A stretch of 64,000 nt of DNA from Octopus sinensis (lineage: Eukaryota). The position numbers were made by a program, and so were the translations under genes. Numbering within the stretch: the stretch's first letter is position 1; every line of letters begins with the position of its first letter. The notes below the pieces were generated by a model, which saw only the letters and a list, made by a program, of their open reading frames with translations, was not told the origin of the DNA and made no database searches. Shown piece by piece: positions 54,672-64,000 of the stretch. The stretch is from positions 181,040,001 to 181,104,000 of the forward strand of contig NC_042997.1 of assembly GCF_006345805.1 (NCBI RefSeq), read 5' to 3'.

Positions 54672-55492
54672 GGGCTCATTGCAGTTCTGAATCAAGCGTA
54701 GACGAGGCAGCCATGCATTGCTTCATAAGAAGTTCTGCCAGAGCATTTTACTATTGATGACGTCTCGGGAAAATATCAGACTGCCGATGAAAAACATCTC
54801 ATAAGTCTTTTCTGGATGACCTTCGATCTAGAACACACGAATAATTTCCTGTAATCCTGAATTTGACAGTGCTATCGGGGTGGTGGACGGTTCGATATAA
54901 ATTCTACATGCATGGTCAAACTGTCACCTGCGTCAGTTTGCTATGTGCGTAGAGCGAGGAAATCGTCCCACCGTCGGTCGTATATTGTTCAAGCATTTCG
55001 GGAAGGACGGAAGGTTGCAGTTTCTTCAGTCTGGTGGTTATGACGAAAAATGTTATGTAGTGGACTAGACTGAAAAAATTAGGGGCAGACTCTCCTCATC
55101 GGTCAAGATGTCATTAACATTTTAAAATTCCATTTTAAAATGAAGGAGAGGATTGAGAAAGATATGCTTCCCACTCACCAAATAAATATGTTGAAATTTT
55201 GGTGAATGTTGTGAATATTACCCGAGGGAGTGGACCTACTTTGAGCTGGTGCCTGTAGGCTGAGGCGTACCGATGAAGACGTACTTACCATGATACACCT
55301 GAATAGTAAGATGGCTCGGGATCTGTGAGGTGCCTTGGTTGCCCTTAGGTGGTGTTTGCCCGCTATGAATGAATTTCCTTCCATTGTTATAGTTTTTATT
55401 GTTTACACTTTTTCTATATAAATCACCCCCTCATTTGTCTATACATTATCTTAAATGTTTTTCGCAGCACTTGTGGCCAATAAAAAAAGAAA
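54672..55492 (+). mobile_element. Degraded Tx1/L1-clade LINE 3' fragment related to 47413-48497
   Basis: DDVSGKYQTADEKHLISLFWMTF parallels DDELGANLDVDEEYLTRLFRTTF. Shared 3' end gcagc..tgtggccaataaa. Confidence 0.75.
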
Positions 55493-56509
55493 TTATCATT
55501 ATTGTTATCATTAATATCATTATTATTATGCACTTAGAGCAATTAGCAAACTGTCTAACAAAGCAACTGTGATTAAACCTGATAATCCCCATTAAACAAA
55601 GCTCTGTATACTGTTAAAAGCAAATAGAAAATATATATTCTAAAGAAAACAATTTAATTGCAACGAAAATCCGCACTTCTTTATAAATAATAACTGTTTA
55701 TTGAATTGTACATCAGAATGGTTTATTATTTTCTTGTATTTGTATGTATGTGTCTTTCTCGTGCATTTGAGAAAAGATTTACATTTATATACATTTCACA
55801 TTTTATTTTATTTTCCATAATAAATAATGATATAAGTGCGCTAAAATATCCACTTATGAGCTGTCTATTATGTCTAATTTTTTTTACCTTATAATAAATA
55901 TGCACATAAGTAAAAACGAGCAGGTGTTTAGGCTTTTGTAAGTGTGTGCATTTTATCTTGCTTCTTTAAGTAAGAGTATGTGCATAAACACATATATACA
56001 CGCAAACGCACATACACACACACATATTCAGACACACACACGCGATCACACACACTTATATATCTATATATATACATTCTCTCGTTGCTCACACGTGAGT
56101 ATCGTCCATCTTTCTCTTCCTTGTGTGACCATCTTTCTTTTCCTGCACGGACGTTCAATTTCTCTTTTCTTCTATCTTTTATCTTTTCAAAGAAAATATT
56201 TCTCCCAGTATTCACTATTTTCCTCTCGTTCTGGTCTAACGACACTCCATATTTGTCTTCGTTCGGTTTCCTTGTGTGTCTCCTCTCTCCTGTTTTTGTT
56301 CCCAACTTTGACCCTCCATAAATCCTCAATTTTATTTTAGAGTTTAGGAGAGTAACTGTCTTTGCAGACTCATATTGTCGTTGAATGCTCAAAATCAGAA
56401 GTAGATGGACAGATGACAACTCATGAAGTATCATTTCTCTCTGTTTACTTGTCCTGTTCTTACATATTTCATGTTGTTTGAACAGTTGGTGATGGCGTCC
56501 TGTACCCAC

Positions 56510-56553
<44 letters not shown>

Positions 56554-56604
56554 CTTATTAATATACAGACATATATATATATTAATTATTATTTTACATA
56601 TATG

Positions 56605-56688
<84 letters not shown>

Positions 56689-57227
56689 TGCGAATATATT
56701 TCGGAGAGTATAAATGTATGTAGGTAGGTAGACAGTCAGGCAGACAAGCAAGTTGGCAGGTTTTTATGCATATATCAACGATCTACCTGCAATATCCGGC
56801 TACAGACAGAACATTTCACAGACAATACTTGCACATCGATGTTATCCGACATGATTTATAGAGAACATACTCATCATGAGCTGATATCGATATCAACACT
56901 CAAGTTCCAATTTCTTTTCTTTATTTTTAATGCTTTCATCTTTTCCATACTTTTCTTTTCTTTTTTTTATTTTAACGTTAATGAACGTAAAATTCGTACT
57001 TTTTGTATATATTATATTTAGTAGGTTTGCGCATCATTTTCATATTGTTTCATGGATTTATTTTTTGCATACTCTTTCTTAGTTTTCATATTTTTTTCAT
57101 TTTCATATACTTTTTTTCAAACTGATCACTTCAAATATCTTCTATGAACGTTGCACTTATCTATAAATATTGTACCTGGTCATACATCGAATGAGAGTTA
57201 TGTAGCCGGTTACTGGTGTATCTCTAT

Positions 57228-59995
57228 TAGGGCCACATTTAAAACCTGGACCCTTAAAGTTCGGTGAACCCCATATTCAAAGAAATTAAAATCTTTAAAA
57301 AATTATCAAATTTACATCTCAGAATTATTGTCTTTTTCATTTAATTAAATTTCACATGGTAGCACATTGAAAACTTAAATTGCCGACGCAAAATTGTGTC
57401 ATCTTGAGTACAACGTGTTTCACCAATATAACACGATTACAAAGACTACTTTTCTTTTTACATTTGGTATCTGAGAAATCTTTAATGCTTTCCTCGAATT
57501 GTATCGATTTTAGAACACCACCCCAAATGCAAAGAGTACTTGCATGGGTAATGGTGGTTCTCAGCCAATGTTTATATCATTCCCAATTCTTTTAATGGCC
57601 TCTCTCCTGGACAGCTAGAGACCTTCAAACTCAAATATATTCCAAGTGCTGCATCAACAGTGGAAAATATTTTAGTAACCTTTTCATTGCGGATTAAAAC
57701 GGGCTAGTTTAGATAGGGTTAAACAGGACTTACGCTTACAAAAGGCAGCAAACTGTACAATTTATTCTTTGAACACATTACCTAAATGAAAGGGGAAAGC
57801 GGTGATAAGTTTTACAGCTTCAGATCAGGAAGATCACTATAATTTTGAACTTGCCATGCACAAATTGATAGGCTTCCCTCTGTTTGTGAAACCTGACAAA
57901 TAACCGATTTAAAATGATATTGAAAACCCCGCAATTGAATTTTTCTCTTGCCGAAAGAACAACTTTCTCGTAGGTTTATGCTAGATTTGTATCCTGTTTA
58001 CTTCTCTTCCTAGGTATATCTGTCATTGATTTATAGTTTGTTTCCGCACATGTTCTTTGAATCCAGTTCCTACTCTTAAAACTTAAGCCTATATGATTTC
58101 AGAAAGTTTTCCAGAGAATCAATTATATCCACCGCTTTATTCAGATCAGCTTCCACCCCATGAAAAGTTTTATTTGTACTGTTAAAGCGTACAAAAATTA
58201 AATTCCAGATCTTAACCACCAGAGCACTTTCAAGACAAGTCATTTTGTCTGCCAATATCTTATCTTCATATATTACTCCATGTATTTGTTCTAAATCATC
58301 TGCAACATCTCTGAGTGATTTTGAATGAATTATATCCATCAACATGGTGTCAAAACAGAAAGTAAAATGCGTACGAAGACAAAATAGCTAACAGCTTCAA
58401 AACAACGAGGAGCAGTAGCTTCTCCAACAAGATTCAACAAATGAGCAACACAATGAAAACCGTAGCCAAATTTATTTCCTCATAGTCTGGCTCCCATTCT
58501 TCAGAAGCGACAGGATATATAACTGGCCTGGTCATTGGACTTCTTCTGTAATCGTCAAACTTTCTATCGTATTTTTTAAAGAAATTCTAACACAAATATA
58601 GCTAATACTTCCGCTTTGTGGGAACCAATCTTCAGGAAACTTAAAAGTCTTTTTTGTTAGCTTCCGGGAAACAGCTTAATGCGCAAAAGCTTTAAATGAC
58701 AAATACTTGACAGCTTTAATTTCTACTTCAATATGATTAACATATTTTGCCAACAACAAAACAATTTCTTCGTAGATGGTAATGATACGTACGACAGTAT
58801 AATCCATTCTGAGATTGCGAAATGCTTTCAATTGACTCATTAAAATGGATCAAATTGTACCACAATTACCATAATTGATCTCTTCACTACCCCTAAAAGC
58901 CAGGCGTCTCTCGACAAGATTTATTGTCATGGGCACAACACAATGCAGTATTTCAGTCCAATATTTCTTGTTTTCCTGTACCTGTTTTTCTTACTCCCTA
59001 TTATCATGAGAAAATTCCCTACACAAAGTATTCAACTATAATAGAGTTTCTGAGATGTTGGCTTTGTTCTTGTGCTTTCATTTTCTCTTCCGTATTTTTC
59101 CCGAATATTAAAGCTATGCTTATTGGAAAAACTGATTTGGCGGCTTGACATTGAAACACATTAAAAGAAATAAACTGCAGTTATTCATGGGCTGTACAGG
59201 AGCCCCTTTCTCATACGCTGTTTACTATTGTCACCAATAGTATAAATCATTGAATCTTTAAAATAATGAGTGCCTTCACCGCTTCGCTTTTCCTATGATG
59301 GTGCCAAGCTTCTGGGTAGGAGAATAGATGACAACTGCTTTTGATTGAAAAGCATGAGCACATAAATTTCTCTACCAGAAAGCAACATGGCTTGGTCTAG
59401 ATCTCATGCTGGAACTTCACTAACCATATCAGTAAGATGCAGTGGTACTTCATCCTCAATATATTGAGTTGATATATTCCTCATATTTTTTGCAGATGTT
59501 TTTGAGAATCCAACTAGTTTCTCAAAAGACACATCAGTTACTGATTCTTCATTAACTTTTAAGTTTTCCTTTTTCGAAACAAAAAAATCCTTCAAGGCAT
59601 TGTCTATTTGCCAATACAATAGCATCTTTTCACTTCTTTCTTTGGAAACTTTCCTGGAGACAGCCAAATGTTCCTGGATAATTCGCCTGAGAATATAATC
59701 TGAATAAAAGCGAAAAGAAAACAATATTTAAGATATAATAAGTAAATAGAAACTGATAACAGCCATGTAAACTCACTTCGTTGAATCCAACCAGAAGCAT
59801 AATTAAGCCGAGTTTACACATTCCTCGATTACTCTTACGTCTGCGGCAGATAAGGAGGCCTGAAGCCAAAATAATTCAAATGTTAAGAGAAAAGAGTTCA
59901 AATGATTAAAAGCAAATCGAAGATTACGCATTAAGGATTTCATTTCCATTAAATTACTTTTCTTCAAAATTGTTTCATTTTTATGGGGCCTTGGA
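57228..59995 (-). mobile_element. Degraded hAT DNA transposon (ZMYM1/DUF4371-type transposase relic)
   Basis: Minus strand LVERRLAFRGSEE (~58920-58880), FHCVAHLLNLVG (~58460-58423), and a helical region in ORF 58076-58345. Many stops; termini uncertain. Confidence 0.8.
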
Positions 59996-60654
59996 AGAGA
60001 AGAACTACCATAGACACTTCAGCAAAGTGATAGGTTTGAGAAGGTATAGTGTACTTCACGGATCCCTTTTAAATTCAATTATGTAACGATATTTGAGTGT
60101 ACAAATCTACTTCTGTGGAGATCTTCTGGATCTTCTGGAATATTTTGGATTGCAATAAAGATGTACTGGTGTTGGTGATGTCCTTGAGTTTATTTTTTAT
60201 GTTTTGATATTTTTTCCTTTTTTTTTCAATCAACTATTTATGCCCAGGAACTCATCGTAGTGGACATCCGCTGAAATAACAACCAATGTTCACCAGAGCT
60301 GAAAATTGATAGCTATTGACAAGTTGAAAAATAAAGTTGAAGAATAGCGCCGGTTGTAGTGATAAATACTAATGCACTAACATTCGTGAATTTCTTTAGC
60401 GAAAATAAATACGAAAATAACAATAACAACAAATCGGTAGGCCAATATCTCGAATGAGCTTTAACATAAAAGGGTTTGGAGAAATATTTTTCTACTTCGT
60501 CAATATTACTATACCAGTCAAAGCGACGAAAATATTTTGACAAATTAAAGTTAAATGTTGAAGTGAATCTAACGGTTTTTTTTTTGTTTCTTAAATTGCT
60601 TATAAACACATTCCACGCTGCTACTGTTTATATATATATATATATATATATATA

Positions 60655-61795
60655 CTAGCTGAAGGTGACCCGCACTACGAGCGGGTAAGAGTCTGGTTGT
60701 TACTTTCTGTTGCTTCCTTTCAGCACGTAAAAAGCACCATCCGAACGTGGCCGATTGCAGCGCCGCCTTGACTGGTTTCTGTGCCGGTGGCACGTAAAAA
60801 GCACCAACCGATCATTGCCGCTGCGAGCCCCCCTGGCACCTGTGCCGGCGGCACGAAAAAAGCACCCACTATACCCACAGAGTGGTTGGCGTTAGGTAGG
60901 TCATCCACCTGTAGAAACACTGCCAGATCAGACTGGAGCCTGGTGCAGCCTCCTGGCCTCCCAGACCCCGGTCAAACTATCCAACCCGTGCTAGCACGGA
61001 AAACGGACGTTACACGATGATGATGATGATGATTATTATTCTCCCTCTTTGTTTCTCTCTCTTTTCTCTCTCACTTTCCTACTCTCTTACTTTGCTTTTC
61101 TCTCGGACTCTCCCTCGCTTTCTCTTACTCTCTATGTTTATCTATCTCTCTCCCATTTATAAACAACAAAAGATCTTGAGTAAGTTGAGAAATAAAATAT
61201 TTAGAAAGATCAATCATAAATATCAGGCAGTGGCAATGGAAAGGTCTGTTTCAAGGCAGACAGCAAAACGCTAACATTTAAAAGGGACAGACGAACTTGC
61301 GAGCTGAATAAAAATAATAATATATTGGAAACCAGAGTTTGAAGGGATAGAATCTGAGGATAGTAGAGTCACCATGGCTGGCATTTCTTAACGACGGACA
61401 GCAACATATTGACAGTTTAACGGCTGGCGTAAAATTTTGAACTTGATGTAAAAGAAAAATCGTAAACACCAAGTTTTGAAGTGATTCTTTCTCACGACAG
61501 TAGACTCACCATGGCAAGCATTCAAAACTTCATCATGGACGGCAACACATTGACGCTCCTTTAAATTTTAATCCCCTTCCAACCCCATTTATACCCCTGT
61601 TCACATTTTGGTTAATATAAGTCGATTTCATTCGGGTCTACTGGGGCCACATTTTATAAGATGAGGAATTTTGTCCTAGAGGTCACGCCTTTCATTTGAG
61701 GAAAAAAATAGTTGCCATGCAAACTTGCCAGCACTTTTAATATAGGTGTGCATATTTTCAGCTGAACCGACCGACCACATAATGCACACATTATA
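60655..61795 (-). mobile_element. Non-autonomous Helitron carrying a nested insertion
   Basis: 3' CTAG (60655-60658) with hairpin acccgc..gcgggt (60668-60686), abutting (TA)n. The 5' boundary is uncertain (~61795, or ~62535 where a cagttttatatat end like that at 33641 recurs). Confidence 0.65.
60722..61032 (+). mobile_element. RTE-related SINE/UTR fragment with three internal repeats and (GAT)n tail
   Basis: gcacg.aaaaagcacc three times, ggttggcgttagg..gg.catcca.ctgtagaaac and a 3' end ggaaaacggacgtta.acgatgatgatg, which I recognise as RTE-type UTR motifs. Confidence 0.7.
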
Positions 61796-61858
61796 TATAT
61801 ATATATATATGTATATATGTGTGCGTGTGTGTGTGTGCACGCATTATATATACAAATG

Positions 61859-61891
<33 letters not shown>

Positions 61892-62644
61892 ATATATGTA
61901 TAAATTAAATTAGAGATAAAACCACTAATAGGCAAATCAAACAGTGAAAAACCAAAAACAAAGACATAAAAATAAAAATATAATATAGAAAATATAGAAA
62001 ATATAAAATAAAAATTATTAAATTATATTTATAATTTGTTTAAAAATATATATAACTATCAAAAAGTATTAAAAAGTTTAATATACATAAATACAGATAT
62101 ATACACTTTGTATATATACATTATATATACATATTTATATATAGAACACACACACACACATATATAAAAATGAACGCAAGAAATATCTGATTCATAATAT
62201 TTGTTCTCAGGATTGTGTGTTGTTTGTGGCGATGATAATTCTCTCTATGAATGCAGACAGCGAGACAAAGAACGCCGTTTGACGAACTTATAGAGGGGAA
62301 TGGAGGAAATAGCATGAGTGAGGAAGACAGATACGTAAAAGAATGGGAATGGACTTGTCAAAGTGGGTTTTTGGCCCTAGCAACGACACCTTTTAAAATA
62401 GGGATTTCTAACGTAGCCCACGGGCATCGTCACCTCATTTTACATATCCCTGTAAATTTTGGAGTCAATCCAACGGGATGTAGTGGCCTTGAAAGCGACC
62501 CAAGCGGTCCAAACGCATTTCAGTTTTATATATCTATCTATATATATATATATATATATATATAATAAATATTAGGGAATAAATCCAAATTTACAGGGAA
62601 AAAATCAGATTTAGGATTAAATCCAATTATAGTAAAAATATATA

Positions 62645-62788
62645 TATATTAATTAGAGACAAAACCACTATTTTGCAAAACAAACAAGGAAAGACTAATC
62701 AATACATAAAATTTTATTAAAAATTTATGTATTGATTAAGTCTTTCCTTGTTGTTTTGCAAAATAGTGGTTTTGTCTCTAATTAATAT
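62645..62788. repeat. Near-perfect ~70-bp-arm palindrome
   Basis: attaattagagacaaaaccactattttgcaaaac...caatacataaa mirrors tttatgtattg...gttttgcaaaatagtggttttgtctctaattaat. Confidence 0.92.
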
Positions 62789-62854
62789 TATATATAGATA
62801 TATATTATATATATATATATATAATATAGATATATATTAATATATATATATACA

Positions 62855-64000
62855 ATATTGTTACATTACTCGGTAGTCAAGATAAAACTCTGAGTTTCAG
62901 ATGCCGAAGTGGAAATCCACAACACCATCTCTTCGGTTATCTGGCTATTTGAAAACGTTATGAAAAAATACCGTTAAAAATGAAGGGAAATTACTCTGTT
63001 ATAACTCTGCTTTGCCTGCGTACTTATACATCGCTCGCATTTTTCGTCATAAAAATTATATAAAAATATAAAAATATATAAAAATATATAAAATCTTCTT
63101 GGGACATAACACAGACAAAGCATGTTCTATCCGTTTTCTTTAGGGGACCAAAACGTACGTAACAGAAATTTAGTCACATGTGGGCATGATCCGAAAAGCT
63201 CTGTCCTTGTATTTAGACATGTGGTAGGGTCTAAGCTGCTTTTCCAGATAAGCCATCTCTCCATGTCGCATAAACCGCACCTTCCGCTGCCGTTAGTATA
63301 GGGCTTACATCTGGCCAAAATCTTCCATTGTATGTATAATCGACACCTTTATCTCTTAAAGACCAAATATGATTGGATAATTGTGTCGCTTTTCTTTTGT
63401 TCCAGTGCCTAAAGCTCAAAGTGTGGTTATTGAACCTGGCCTTGAAATTACCCTCTGTCAGGCCCACGTATTTCTTCGTCGAAACGGTGTCTTTAGTGGT
63501 TATAGAGTTTACGGTAGCTTCATATATGATGGTCTTGGACATGCAAGCTCCATTTAGCGGGCACAATTCTTTATTCCTGCATGAACAGCTGTTTTCTTCT
63601 TGTGTTTTTGTATGTTATGATTGATATGTTTTAAAATTGGTAGTTGAACTAAAACTAATTTTTAAATTGTGTCTATTGAAGAGTTTCCTATAAGCATGGT
63701 TAACTGGAAAATGTCTATCTATCAGTGCTAGGAAATATTTACCTATATTGAAGGCCACCTCGGGTGAGTAAGGGGGCGTGAACCAGATGACCTTCCTATT
63801 TCTATTATTCCTTTTCCTTATTGTTGGGCTGGTGATAGGTGTATATTTTATTTTTTCGCTAAAACCACTATCTTTTAAAGCTTTATTATAAACTGGGGCA
63901 ACGCTATTGAAGATGTCCTCATTAGATGAGAGGCTAGAAATCCTCTTACTAATATTTTTAACTAAATTTTTGAATACTATAGGGGGATGGCATGAACCTA
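62855..64000 (-). mobile_element. Penelope-like element 3' end: RT thumb/linker plus GIY-YIG endonuclease (Naiad-like from memory), two frameshifts, continues beyond the window
   Basis: SCHPPIVFKNL...RKVIWFTPPYS...HFP..H...LFNRHNLKISFS, CSCRNKELCPLNGAC, IIYEATV...KYVGLTEGNFKARFNNH..SF, TQLSNHIW, CGLCDMER, CPH; stop at 63127. Confidence 0.93.
62880..62942 (-). ncRNA. Variant type I hammerhead ribozyme motif in the PLE 3' terminal repeat
   Basis: Minus strand: agataa CCGAAGA gatg..catc t GAAA ctcagag TT ttatct. 6-bp stem I, near-palindromic stem III. The core deviates (U4C, extra U). Confidence 0.62.

Noticed and set aside
55928-56509. 193-aa minus-strand ORF
   Set aside because: Low-complexity, microsatellite-derived, with no domain signal.
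60722-60870. CRISPR-like repeat-spacer pattern
   Set aside because: Only three degenerate repeats inside a eukaryotic retroposon, with no cas genes.
63127-63610. Selenocysteine recoding as reported for some Naiad PLEs
   Set aside because: The Cys motifs visible here use TGT/TGC, I see no in-frame UGA at those positions, and there is no convincing SECIS downstream.

Overview
This is AT-rich, microsatellite-dense, repeat-dominated animal genomic DNA. The SINE families and simple-repeat load look like an octopus/cephalopod genome, which is inference from pattern recognition and not a database result. I found no credible host protein-coding gene; nearly all ORF-track entries are microsatellite artefacts or transposon relics. 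The window holds decayed RTE, R4/Dong and Tx1/L1 LINEs, three Penelope-like element (PLE) fragments (one with the GIY-YIG end), a hAT transposase relic, a probable Gypsy pol relic, non-autonomous Helitrons and more than 20 tRNA-derived SINE copies from about four families. Three signals stand out. (1) Several minimal type I hammerhead ribozyme motifs occur, one with an intact core at 33885-33975 (-) and one in the 3' terminal repeat of the PLE at 62880-62942, often inside inverted-repeat non-coding modules. (2) One SINE family forms precise 184-bp head-to-tail concatemers that restart at the same base next to the loop of an extended anticodon-arm hairpin whose 3' strand is complementary to the SINE's own 3' end, hinting at a cleaved or circular RNA intermediate. 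(3) A Tx1-like LINE sits inside a (TATC)n microsatellite. Boundaries of degraded elements are approximate.
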